Below are positions 8,697 to 18,777 of a stretch of 64,000 bases of DNA, one piece after another. The position numbers and the translations under genes were made by a program. This DNA comes from a bacterium (GTDB taxonomy: Bacteria; Zhuqueibacterota; Zhuqueibacteria; Residuimicrobiales; Krinioviventaceae): the NCBI GenBank assembly GCA_963693055.1, contig OY843751.1:416001-480000 (forward strand), written 5' to 3'. The stretch's first letter is position 1; every line of letters begins with the position of its first letter. The notes beneath the pieces are model-generated. The model searched no databases. It was not told the origin of the DNA and saw only the letters and a list, made by a program, of their open reading frames with translations.

Positions 8697-11234
8697 TTAT
8701 TCGAGAATTAAAAATTTACCGGTTTCTATTTGAGAGTTGTAATGGATTTTGTAAAGATAAATTCCATTGACAAGGGGAGGATTTTCATCTTTATTTATTT
8801 CCCATTGAATTTGATGCAAGCCTGTTGATATTGATTTGTTAATAGAGTGAATGTGTTGTCCCAATATGTTATAAATATCAATTTGGATTGACGCGGCTTT
8901 ATTTAATTGAATCTTAAACGTACAGCCCTTTCCGTTTGATTGTCTGACCGGATTGGGATAACTGCCCAGCAATTTAAAATCCTCTATGATGGCAACATTG
9001 TCGTTGGTTATATTGCTTTGAATATCAGGGGTTCCAAAAATCAGGTGCAGTGGTTGTTTTACCGTTTGCCCATTCGTTTCGAATAGCAAGTCTAAGCGGA
9101 TTGGGATTATTGTGCTGGTGGAGTAACCGGGTTTAAGCATGACAGGAATTTGTAATTCAGAGCCTTCATTTGGCTGTAAAATAGGTATGGATTTTTCCTG
9201 CATGATCTGTAAAAAACCTGAATCTGAACTGCTGATGTAGATATTAGTCGCTTTAACTTTACCGATATTTTTCAATAAAAGTGTCAGATTGTCTATGGTA
9301 CCCGAGGGTAACAGAGTATTGTTGTTTATTGTTTTATAGTCAGAAAGGTATAATGATGTTGTGGGCTCAGGAACCCAGTCCCGTGGTGCATGATAGAAAG
9401 CCGGTGATGCGGTAAAAACAGTCCCCAGGATGTCATAGTCCAAGATCTTGAGGCATAAATCATAGTGACCAAAGGGCAGGTTTTCTGGAATAACTGCCTG
9501 GAAATGGCTGTCTGATATTTTTTTAATTTAAAGGTCAAGAGTAGTATCGGAATTTGTTATTTGCAGGCTTTGATTTGTGTGTGTTGATTCATATAACAAA
9601 TAAAAGTTAATTATATTTGATTGACCGGGTATAACATGAGGAGTTATATGATTGTTTGAACGGATATCTATATGATAAAGAAATGGGAGTTCCCTGGAGG
9701 CACTGTTTCCATAAAAGTGTAGTTGTGAGTGGCCATATTTGTTTTTTATATGATATGGACTAGAGTTTAATATGCATGTAAAGCTGGTGTTTTGAGAGGC
9801 ATAAAAATTATACTTGTAAATATCTTCCGGATAGCCAATTATTTTTTGATTGTCTACTTGATAGTTGTCAGTAAATACTCTTACATCCGTTATGCGGGTT
9901 TTGTTACTGGATAAATAATTATATACAAAATGCCCATTGGCACATTCAAGTCCTGCTGATGCGTCTCCATAATAATATACTCTGTAGAACGTAGAACTAC
10001 TTTTCTCGCAAGTAAAAGCGGGAAAAAGAATGTTTGATGGATTGTTTTCAAGCAACAGTGAGTCATTTTCCTGCAAAGTGTTGAGGTTCACCTTGTTTGT
10101 TAATAATTCTGTGTTCTCATTGTAATACCATGGATTTAAATGTTTAAATTCTATCATACTGCCATCTATATGTATTTGTCTACCTGGTAGCCAGGTAAGA
10201 ACAGGGTCGTTAGTCAGGCTGTCCGAACCCCCTACAATTATATTGTAAGCAGTGAGAATGTTTTTTTTATTTTCAGTATTATATTCTGATTCTGATAGTT
10301 CAATTGTACCTGTAAAAGGCAAATTATCTTGGCTTTTAAAGCCAAGATTTTGTTTCTTGCAAGACAACCATTTTGAAAAGTCATGGTAAACGGTTCCACC
10401 GAACATTAAATATTTATTCAAAGTATTGTAGAGGTTTTGTTTTATATTATAAGAATGCAGATGTTCAGGGCCATCTTTGAGATAGAGGTCGTGCTCTGAT
10501 TTTATGGTATGTTGATAATGTTGCAAATAGGTAATCAGGCTTTGAGTTTTGTCGTAAAACATTTTGATATGTAATATGGAAAAATCGTCATCAAGCATGT
10601 TGGAGTAAAAATTAAACTGCGGGTCATTAATCTGAAAGTTCATTGTCAGAGGTAAAAGCTGTCCATCATAGAGATGCGCCCAATATAGATTTAATTTGTT
10701 TCTGTATATTGTTGTTGCATCTATGGGGTGTCCGTTTTGATGGTAATGTGTTTGTGGCGCTTGAAGATTTGCTGTTTGATGATTGATGTGAATTTCCGTC
10801 GAGTCCGTTAGGTTGTTATTTGTTTGCAAAATGCAATAATAGCTGGGGATTTTTCCAAGAGTGTCTTGTAATATGCAAAACAGGTGATACTGCCCATATT
10901 CGTTGTAATCGATTAAAGTGTAGCCAACATTATTGTACAATCTGCCTGTTGGAACATCATCTCGCCAGATGAAAAGGTCTCTTACCTGTTTGTCAAAATG
11001 TATGACGAGCGTTCCGGTTTCTGTATTTGTTTTATGTTTTTTTTGTACTGTTTTGTTTGGATGGTTTGTTAGATTGAATGTTGAATCAGGTAATTCAAAA
11101 TTTTCATCAATAAGAATCGGTCGTTTAGCATTGTTATTGAACGATTTTAAATCGATTGTGATCTCTTTATAGTCAGCGCTATAGGCAGTAAGCGATAATA
11201 GAAAAAAGACGAATCCTAAATATAATTTCCCCAT
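8697..11234 (-). pseudogene. About 845-codon secreted protein with a T9SS-like C-terminal domain, interrupted by one in-frame TAA at 9530-9528 (joins ORFs 9528..11234 and 8697..9443)
   Basis: The two ORFs share a frame and the 28 codons between them are open: TTLDL*IKKISDSHFQAVIPENLPFGHYDLCLKILDYDILG. The signal peptide is on the first part; GSYPNP...NGIYLYKI...GKFLILE is on the second. Confidence 0.75.
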
Positions 11235-11288
11235 ATTTTCCCCTTGGGATGTGTATTACGCAAAATCAAATAATTTGTTCTAAATAGT

Positions 11289-12452
11289 TTACCTCTTGTT
11301 ATTCAACGGTTTGATAGCGTTCAGATACCCGTCTAAATAGCGACTGTCAGAATTTACATCGGCCCAGAGCACAGCTACTTCATTTGCCAATGATTTGTTT
11401 TGTGTCGAAAGCGAGTAATTTCCCCATTGCCCCAATAGTTGTTCAATCTTTTGGTAATCCTCATCTTCCAGAATATCCAGCATCATGATCTCCTGGGTCA
11501 GACGATCCACGTCTTGCCAGATTTTTTTGCTGAATTGCAGTCCCATAAAGTTAAAATAGGATGCTTTGGTATTTTGTATAAATTCTTTATATGAAGGATA
11601 TCGATACGCGGCATCGGCAAACACACCAAAAGCCTGATCAAAATTTTTGTCTTCAAAAAGTTTTATACCCCATTTCTGGTACAAATTGATCTCGAAATTA
11701 ATGTTTGAGCGAGAGTCCTGGTTGAAATACTGGGCAAGTACCACAAAATCATAAGCCTGACTGTAATTCTTGTGCTGCATTGCCATATACGCGCGGTTAT
11801 AGGCCAGCAGTCCCAAAAGCTCGGTATTGTTGATGGGGCGTCCTTTGGAATTTTCATAAGCATAGAGCCTGTCCAGACCGATCTGGTAGGTACGGTCGTC
11901 GGGATAAAACTGGCGCAGATATTGGGTATACTCGCGCAGGTTTGCCATAATATTGAATCCCATTCCGGATGTGTTTTCAACGGTCAACTGCCGGTCAAAA
12001 TTTTTAAATATGGTATATGTATGTGTGGGGGTTTCGAACGCTTCGGTATAGAGTCCCATATCTTCACAAATCAGATTGAACAGAATTGTTCCGGCAACGC
12101 AATTAAAGCGCTTTTCGCGTACCACATCCAGCAGGGTGGTAGCCATTTCCTTGTATTCCAGCAGCCAATTTTGGTGTAGATAGGCAAAGATACTGGCGGC
12201 TTTTTGTTCCCGCTCAACGGGATTGAAATTGTAACTTTTGAGCGCGTCTATCAGGTTGTTGTACCATTGTGTATATTTTTCCAGCGAATCGGGCTGATTA
12301 GCACCTGAAAGAATAAACGCAGCTTGTACCTTGTTGAACGAGTTGAGCTCTCCGTCTTCAATATCTTTGGTGAGTTTGAATTCAAGATAAGATTCCGCAA
12401 AAAGCGGGGTGGTGAAAAGCAAAAGGAGCAAAAAACTGATTAAAGGTCTCAT
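11289..12452 (-). CDS. Secreted transglutaminase-like protein with TPR-like helical C-terminus
   Basis: Signal peptide; Cys/His pattern RFNCVAGTILFNLICEDMGL...TPTHTY resembles a transglutaminase-like core; helical repeats follow. Confidence 0.55.
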   Translation of the reverse strand: MRPLISFLLLLLFTTPLFAESYLEFKLTKDIEDGELNSFNKVQAAFILSGANQPDSLEKYTQWYNNLIDALKSYNFNPVEREQKAASIFAYLHQNWLLEYKEMATTLLDVVREKRFNCVAGTILFNLICEDMGLYTEAFETPTHTYTIFKNFDRQLTVENTSGMGFNIMANLREYTQYLRQFYPDDRTYQIGLDRLYAYENSKGRPINNTELLGLLAYNRAYMAMQHKNYSQAYDFVVLAQYFNQDSRSNINFEINLYQKWGIKLFEDKNFDQAFGVFADAAYRYPSYKEFIQNTKASYFNFMGLQFSKKIWQDVDRLTQEIMMLDILEDEDYQKIEQLLGQWGNYSLSTQNKSLANEVAVLWADVNSDSRYLDGYLNAIKPLNNKR

Positions 12453-12543
12453 AATCTTTCTTGTTTATTGTTTTCAATTCGTATATATTACTATATATTC
12501 AAGTCTTATTCAACGAAAAAGTTTCACCATCAGGGAAAATCGG

Positions 12544-13602
12544 ATGAAAAAGAATGCAATTGCAGTTTTGTTATTGATGATTATTTACAGCACAGGGGCT
12601 ATTTCTGCAGATTATATCGGATTTCAGCATGAATATTTTCTGGAACAACATCCCAGTGCCAAGGCCAATGCAATGGGACACGGAATGACAGCGCTTTCGG
12701 ATGGGGCATTTAGTGCATATTATAATCCTGCCGGTATCATTGCCAACGCGGGATTCTCTGCGGCTTATTCAGAGATCAGTCCGTATTATTTTATTGACGA
12801 TGCCAGGTACAGTTATTTTGGTCTTACACAAGAGTGGGGTAACTGGGGCACCATAGGATTGAGTCAATATAAATTTGACGCCAAGGCTGGTGGCTATACA
12901 GATGAAAGTGGCTCTCCTCAAACAATGACCTTGTCCATGAATACGCTCACCCTAAGTCAGAATGTTTTCTGGGATCTTGCCCTGGGTTTGAATTTTAATC
13001 TGTATTATTATAAAGATTTTTACGCTCAGGACCATTTTTCTTTTCCGGTTGATGTAGGGTTGTTAAAAAGCTTTTTGATCAAAAGCGAGACCTCTCCACA
13101 GAAATTTACCCTGGGTATGGTTGTGAAAAATGTATTGGCATCCACGATTGATGATGCCGGATTGGGTGATGTCGCTGTATTGCCCGTCACATTTAGAGCA
13201 GGTGCCGGTTGGGAAACCATACTGATGAACCAGGAGGTCATTACGGGATTGCTGCTTTTGGGGATGGAAACAAACATCGAGTATGAAAATATTCTTAATA
13301 CCAGTAATCATTCTGCTTACAAGGCAGGTACGCAGCTGTCTTTGCTGGAATTGTTTTTTGTGCGGTTGGGATATTACAGCTATAGTTTTGATCCTGAACT
13401 GGGCGGCAAAGATTCTTTTAGTGATTTTACTTGGGGACTGGGTGTGCAGGTCTACCTGGATGATTTTGTAGAAAGACATTTTCCGCTTTATCTGCGGCTC
13501 GATTATGCTCAATTGACGCCTCCTACATACAAAACCGGCCTGGAAGACAAGACCAATATGACCCTGGGCGTGCAACTACAGTGGATGTTTGATGATGAAT
13601 GA
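12544..13602 (+). CDS. PorV/PorQ-family outer-membrane beta-barrel protein (T9SS shuttle-like)
   Basis: Signal peptide from MKKNAIAV; hallmark PSAKANAMG...SAYYNPAGI; amphipathic beta strands; C-terminal aromatic residues. Confidence 0.75.
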   Translation: MKKNAIAVLLLMIIYSTGAISADYIGFQHEYFLEQHPSAKANAMGHGMTALSDGAFSAYYNPAGIIANAGFSAAYSEISPYYFIDDARYSYFGLTQEWGNWGTIGLSQYKFDAKAGGYTDESGSPQTMTLSMNTLTLSQNVFWDLALGLNFNLYYYKDFYAQDHFSFPVDVGLLKSFLIKSETSPQKFTLGMVVKNVLASTIDDAGLGDVAVLPVTFRAGAGWETILMNQEVITGLLLLGMETNIEYENILNTSNHSAYKAGTQLSLLELFFVRLGYYSYSFDPELGGKDSFSDFTWGLGVQVYLDDFVERHFPLYLRLDYAQLTPPTYKTGLEDKTNMTLGVQLQWMFDDE

Positions 13603-14677
13603 GATTTTAATAATCCAAAAATTTGGGGATATTGAAAATAGAGAATTATCGTTAGCGTCAATTAATCTGCTGACAGGACCGGATATATATGGCAAGCAGG
13701 TGTATACCCGTACTTTATACTTTTTCAAACAGTTTACCAGTGAAATGATGACCTGTATTGAAAAAGAACTGACGCTGGAAGAATTTGAACAGTATTTGGT
13801 CAATGGATTTGAGAGCCTCTTTTCTCAAGCCATGATTGATAATGTGGAACTGGATCTGCATTATGAACTGGATGGTTTCTATGTGAAAGTGAGCAGACCC
13901 AATACCATTGAAAAGCCGATGATACACTACAGCGATGTATTTAGATCATTGTATGATACCGGACAGTCGCTGTTTCGGGGTAAAGTTAAAAGTTTTCCCA
14001 CCCAGTTGGATCTGTATATGCAAGAGATCCAAAAGCTGTTTGAAAAAGAATTTGGTGAGATATTAAGCAGGGAATTGTCATCCGGTTGGATCAACCATCA
14101 ATTATATATCCCTGCTGAACGGGCAATATATGCCAATGTGCCCCGCGCCGCGCTCAATCTGCTCTGGCAGGACAAGGATATGGATCCCATTCTGATAGCC
14201 TTTGGTGAGATTTATGAAAAATTCAAGCTGCTGCATTTCTATTTGACCAAAAAAAGTGTGGATTTAAAGCGATCACCTATAGATATGCAGGATGTTCTTG
14301 GCGGCAGCTATGTACGCGAACAGGAATCGGATTATATTATTCGGGATGGTGGTAAAAAGACCAATATTATGCGAGCCTTACCGGAAGACAAGGCTTTATT
14401 GCCGCTGCTGGTTATTCTCTGCAATTTGCCGGCGCATCAATACGGCAATGAAGGCAAGACGGTTTATATTGATAGTCCCGAAGTGTTTCTATCTCCAGAT
14501 AAGCAGGTTGAACTGGTTGATCTGGTTGTACGACTGCGGCAAATACGTCCGGATTTACAGTTTGTGATCACAACTGAAAGCCCAAGTATGTTGAATGCAT
14601 TTAAAACATTAACGGAGTCGGAGACTACCGCACAGGTTAATAAACAAGAGATTGTGATAACAGAATTTAAAAATTAG
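13589..14677 (+). CDS. AAA_15/AAA_21-like (ABC-type) ATPase fold with degenerate catalytic motifs
   Basis: LIIQKFGDI...INLLTGPDIYGKQ, YIPAER, VYIDSPEVFLSPDKQ and FVITTESP correspond to the Walker A, Walker B/D-loop and H-loop positions, with substitutions. Confidence 0.6.
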   Translation: MMMNEILIIQKFGDIENRELSLASINLLTGPDIYGKQVYTRTLYFFKQFTSEMMTCIEKELTLEEFEQYLVNGFESLFSQAMIDNVELDLHYELDGFYVKVSRPNTIEKPMIHYSDVFRSLYDTGQSLFRGKVKSFPTQLDLYMQEIQKLFEKEFGEILSRELSSGWINHQLYIPAERAIYANVPRAALNLLWQDKDMDPILIAFGEIYEKFKLLHFYLTKKSVDLKRSPIDMQDVLGGSYVREQESDYIIRDGGKKTNIMRALPEDKALLPLLVILCNLPAHQYGNEGKTVYIDSPEVFLSPDKQVELVDLVVRLRQIRPDLQFVITTESPSMLNAFKTLTESETTAQVNKQEIVITEFKN

Positions 14678-14709
14678 AAAAAATGCCCGCCGTTAAGCGG
14701 GCAATTTTT
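14678..14709. terminator. Bidirectional intrinsic terminator
   Basis: aaaaaatgcccgc-cgttaa-gcgggcaattttt between convergent genes. Confidence 0.75.
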
Positions 14710-14782
14710 ACAGGAGATGTGTTTGTCTAGCAACTATATCTATCAAAAAAATGTAACACCCTCATCTTTTCATATATTTCCA

Positions 14783-15205
14783 TTATTCATCTGTTTTAAA
14801 CTGAAAAAGCACGTTCTTTTCATGATAAAGCCACAGTGTGTTCAGGTGCGTTTTATATGTGGTAGTCGTCCGCAATAATTTTAAAACCGTTTGGTCCCAG
14901 GGTTCTTTGCCGCAATAGATCTCGGTGCTTGCAATACTGTAAATGATCAAACTGTCTGGTTTTTCAAGTTTATATTCTGCAAACCAGGAGTTGCAATCGA
15001 TTTGTCCATGACAGGTGCTGTCGGCTATGAATTGGATGGTATATTGTTGATTATTGGGGGGAGATGTGTATTACCCATCAATATTGAATAATTCCAATGT
15101 CCAAACAGTATTTAATAAAGGACGGGTTTGCATATCAATATCAGTTGATGTATTACAGCCTAAAACAAACATGCATACGAGTAATGCATAAACTTTCGAG
15201 TCCAT
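14783..15205 (-). pseudogene. META/HslJ-domain lipoprotein interrupted by one in-frame TAA at codon 45 (15073-15071); absent from the ORF track
   Basis: Manual translation: MDSKVYALLVCMFVLGC-NTSTDIDMQTRPLLNTVWTLELFNIDG*YTSPPNNQQYTIQFIADSTCHGQIDCNSWFAEYKLEKPDSLIIYSIASTEIYCGKEPWDQTVLKLLRTTTTYKTHLNTLWLYHEKNVLFQFKTDE. It has lipobox VLGC, META-like motifs W.L, G..DCN and T...C, and SD aagggg. Confidence 0.78.
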
Positions 15206-15225
15206 AATTTGCCCCTTAATAAATG

Positions 15226-16203
15226 TTACTCCTGTTCAAACGCATCCGCATAACGTATAAGCGTTTTCATGTTTTTAGTCTCGAGTTTGCTGTAAATATT
15301 TTTTCGATGTGTTTTGACCGTCAGTGGAGAGATGAACAGGCGTTCTGCAATTTCTTTGGTTGTCATGCCGTGTGCTACCCATCTTAGAATCTCACGTTCA
15401 CGTTTTGAGAGCTGATTGTATTTTTCAATGTTTTTTAGGTAAAATTCATTACTTGAGGATATATGTTCAACTTTCATGTTGCCTACAAGTGTAATAGGAA
15501 ATCCATACTCATCTTTGACTACGCCACACTGATGTTTTAGAATCTGGTATTCACCACGTTTATCTTTGAATCGAAAAGAGATTTTGAATGAATCCTCAAT
15601 TGTTTTTTGATTAAATTTGACCAGTATCTGAGTTATTTTATTAATGTCTTTATTATGTATCCGATTGGCAAACTGTTCAAAAGTGAATAATGCCAGTTCT
15701 TTTGCTGTGTAGCCCAGTTTTTTCTGAATACAGGTGGAGATGAATTTAAATTCATTCAATCTGAGATCAAATCTGTAATAGAGTTCATCCGAGCTGTCTA
15801 GCAATATATTCAACATTGTGGCATTTTCAGAATTCCGGAGTTCGGAAACCTCTTTAATATTTGCTAGTAAATATTTTATATCTTTATTGGGTTCTTGAAT
15901 GGGTACCAGAGTGGCATCATTATAGAAAATGCCATTTGGACACAAGATTAATCCTTCGTCACTGATCGTTTCGCCATAATCAATAACCCGGTGAATGATG
16001 TGCATGCGTTCTTCAAGAATGGATGGTGGTGCGCTAAAAGCAATGTTTTTACCTTGCAGACCTTCCATTTCAAGTCCATAGGCATGATCAAGACGTTTAT
16101 CACTCCAAATCCTATGATAATTTCCGTCATAATCCAGAATTAAAACATAAGCCCCATTTATTGTACTCAAAACTGCCTGTAGCAGATGCTCATTGTCAAC
16201 CAT
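15226..16203 (-). CDS. PAS-domain LuxR-family transcriptional regulator
   Basis: Two PAS-like segments plus a LuxR HTH: LSKREREILRWVAHGMTTKEIAERLFISPLTVKTHRKNIYSKL. Confidence 0.9.
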   Translation of the reverse strand: MVDNEHLLQAVLSTINGAYVLILDYDGNYHRIWSDKRLDHAYGLEMEGLQGKNIAFSAPPSILEERMHIIHRVIDYGETISDEGLILCPNGIFYNDATLVPIQEPNKDIKYLLANIKEVSELRNSENATMLNILLDSSDELYYRFDLRLNEFKFISTCIQKKLGYTAKELALFTFEQFANRIHNKDINKITQILVKFNQKTIEDSFKISFRFKDKRGEYQILKHQCGVVKDEYGFPITLVGNMKVEHISSSNEFYLKNIEKYNQLSKREREILRWVAHGMTTKEIAERLFISPLTVKTHRKNIYSKLETKNMKTLIRYADAFEQE

Positions 16204-16375
16204 AATAGTACTACCTTTTTTTGTACGGTCAATTTATAAAACAATTCAGTACCGTATGCATGCATTTATCCCCTGTAAATTACACATATTGATCGGCGCA
16301 GAACCATTTTGCATATTTTTTGAGTGGAGTAGAATTTTATTATAAGGATGATTTGTGGAAATGTAAAGGAGAAAA

Positions 16376-16415
16376 TAATAAAAAAGCCCGGTATTTATGA
16401 AAATACCAGGCTTTC
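16376..16415 (-). terminator. Intrinsic terminator of pheA-pfp
   Basis: Minus strand gaaagcctggtattt-tcat-aaataccgggc followed by a T-run. Confidence 0.75.
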
Positions 16416-16426
16416 GAGATAGTACA

Positions 16427-17713
16427 TTATATTTCTGTAGTCCAGTAGAATTTTTCTTTAAATTCAGCTTCGCTCATTTTTCCAATTTCAGCAAGTTTTT
16501 TTAGCTGGTCTGCATTCTCAAAATCTTTTTTCTGTAGGCGAACCATATAACTGCGGGAAACTTTATAGCTGTCACTTTCGATTTCAACCATACGAACCTG
16601 AGTTTTGTTGGTTTTAGAATCGATCATGTCTTCAAAATAAAGCGGCGTCAGCTTGCCATTTTGTACACAGATCATTGCGTTTTCCTGGTGTGCTGGATCT
16701 TCACTCATCAGATATTGTACCGCATTGTAACCCAGTTCACGAGTATATTCCTGATCAAAGGGGATAGGTGGATTACAGCGTAATACATAGCCGAGGTTTG
16801 ATTCAACGATTGTTAGTTTGTCACCCCGTTCTTCAAAACGACGGGCCAACTCATTTTTAACGATTTTACCAAGGTCAACTTCCGCAAGGCGTAAATGTCC
16901 GTAGCCATCGTATTCTACTTTAACACCCGGAATGGATTCCAATTCTTCGGGATGGAATTTTTCAGCAACACCTTCTGAAATGATTAAAACACCATGATTA
17001 CTGCCAGATGCTTTACGTTTCAGAATGGTACCTTCAAAAATGTCACAAACTTTGCTCAGTTCAATATGTTTTACATCACCAAATTCTTCAGAGATAACGC
17101 AATTGGTTGCACCTGCTGATTTTGCAATACCCAGGCCCAAATGACCGGCATGACGACCCATAGCAACAGCCAGGTACCAGCGTTGGGTGGTTTTGGCATC
17201 TTCCATCAGGTTTTTGATCAGCATAGAGCCAACATGACGCGCGGTTTGATAACCAAATGTGGGAAGATGGTTCGGCAATGGCAAATCATTGTCAATCGTT
17301 TTGGGAACATGCGCAAATTTGATTTTCCCTTCTGCGCCTTTGGCAATTTCGCTGGCACCATAAGAGGTGTCATCGCCACCAATGGTAACCATATATTTAA
17401 TATTGAGTTTGTTGAGGTTGTTAACGCTGTTTTTTACGCCATTTTCAACTTTTGCAGGGTTTGTACGAGAGGTTCTGAGAATAGAACCACCTTCAAAGTG
17501 AATGCGTGAAACATCTTTAATGTGTAGGGGTACTGCATGGTCTAAAAAATCTTGTTCATTATCCTGTACCAGCCATTTATATCCATCATATATACCATAA
17601 ACATCCAGTCCCTGTTGACGTGCGGCAATAGTTACCGCAGAGATCACGCCATTCAAACCGGGAGCAGGACCACCGCCTACCAGAATCCCCAAACTACCTT
17701 TAGGATTACTCAT
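16427..17713 (-). CDS. pfp: Pyrophosphate-dependent 6-phosphofructokinase
   Basis: GGGPAPGLN, GGDDT (the Asp indicates PPi use), PKTIDND and MGR motifs. Confidence 0.88.
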   Translation of the reverse strand: MSNPKGSLGILVGGGPAPGLNGVISAVTIAARQQGLDVYGIYDGYKWLVQDNEQDFLDHAVPLHIKDVSRIHFEGGSILRTSRTNPAKVENGVKNSVNNLNKLNIKYMVTIGGDDTSYGASEIAKGAEGKIKFAHVPKTIDNDLPLPNHLPTFGYQTARHVGSMLIKNLMEDAKTTQRWYLAVAMGRHAGHLGLGIAKSAGATNCVISEEFGDVKHIELSKVCDIFEGTILKRKASGSNHGVLIISEGVAEKFHPEELESIPGVKVEYDGYGHLRLAEVDLGKIVKNELARRFEERGDKLTIVESNLGYVLRCNPPIPFDQEYTRELGYNAVQYLMSEDPAHQENAMICVQNGKLTPLYFEDMIDSKTNKTQVRMVEIESDSYKVSRSYMVRLQKKDFENADQLKKLAEIGKMSEAEFKEKFYWTTEI

Positions 17714-17726
17714 TCTGTTGACTCCT

Positions 17727-18587
17727 TTACTTTGATTTATTTTTATTGTTTTCTTGAGAATAGCCCGAAGGATATGATCCCAGGACCTTTAAAAGATTAG
17801 TAATTTCTTCAAGATGCCTTATAGCATTTTGACAACGTTCTTCAACCATATCTCCTGCAAAATCCAGATAAAAGATATAAGCCCAGGGTTTACCGCGTAA
17901 AGGACGGGACTCGATCTTAACCAGATCTATATCTCGCAGGGAAAAAACACTCAAAGCCTTGAATAACGCACCGGGAATGTTTTTCATGGAAAAAACAACC
18001 GAAGTTTTATCTGGTGTGTCAAATTTTTGAGGCTCTTGGGAAAGAACGTAAAAACGGGTAAAGTTTTCAGGAATGTCTTCTATCTCTTCTTTAAGGATTT
18101 GCATTCCATAGGTATCTGCGGCAAGTTTACTTGCTATTGCAGCTGCATTTAGCATCTTTTTATCGCGGATCATTGCCACGCTACCCGCGGTATCATAACT
18201 GGCTACCGGCTCTACATTTTCAAGCGATGTCAGGAAAAGCCGACATTGTTCAAGCGCCTGGGGATGTGAGTAAATGGTATCAATATCCTTTATTTGTGTG
18301 CCGGGATTAGCGATCAAATGCTGCTCTACTCGCAAAAAGACTTCACCCACAATTTTCAGATCATGTTCAAGTAAAAGATCAAAATTTCGATGAATACTAC
18401 CGGTTAGCGAGTTTTCCATTGGAACAACACCAAAAGCGGCTTTGCCGGCTTCAACGGTTTGAAAAACATCCTCAAAGGCTTTGCAAGGCACGCATTCAAT
18501 ATCCTCACCAAAAAATTGTTTTGAGGCCATCTCGCTGAATGCGTAGCGAGCCCCTTGAAACGCGATACGTTTTGACATATTTTCCAT
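17727..18587 (-). CDS. pheA: Prephenate dehydratase with ACT domain
   Basis: IAFQG..AFSE, PMENSLTG, SHPQALEQC, NFTRF, KIESRP. Confidence 0.95.
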   Translation of the reverse strand: MENMSKRIAFQGARYAFSEMASKQFFGEDIECVPCKAFEDVFQTVEAGKAAFGVVPMENSLTGSIHRNFDLLLEHDLKIVGEVFLRVEQHLIANPGTQIKDIDTIYSHPQALEQCRLFLTSLENVEPVASYDTAGSVAMIRDKKMLNAAAIASKLAADTYGMQILKEEIEDIPENFTRFYVLSQEPQKFDTPDKTSVVFSMKNIPGALFKALSVFSLRDIDLVKIESRPLRGKPWAYIFYLDFAGDMVEERCQNAIRHLEEITNLLKVLGSYPSGYSQENNKNKSK

Positions 18588-18702
18588 TCTTTTTAAATAG
18601 ATAAAATATATGAATCTATAATGTAAAAAATAATTTTAAAAAAATCAAGTATGATAAGAATAGAGGGTGTTAATCGCTCTGTACAAAAGGGGTTATTTTG
18701 TG

Positions 18703-18731
18703 TTGCTTTTGAAAGCCTAAACAGTTATATT
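18703..18731 (+). promoter_or_regulatory. Candidate sigma70 promoter of the envC-holB operon
   Basis: TTGCTT, 17-bp spacer, TATATT. Confidence 0.5.
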
Positions 18732-18777
18732 TATAGGATATATTCATAATTCTGTGCATTTGAATAAATTTGTGCGA

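Noticed and set aside
9326-9538. 70-aa minus-strand ORF suggesting a programmed frameshift near an A7 run
   Set aside because: The flanking ORFs are already in the same frame, so a single in-frame stop explains the split.
14891-15091. 66-aa plus-strand ORF
   Set aside because: It is the antisense shadow of the interrupted META lipoprotein gene on the minus strand.
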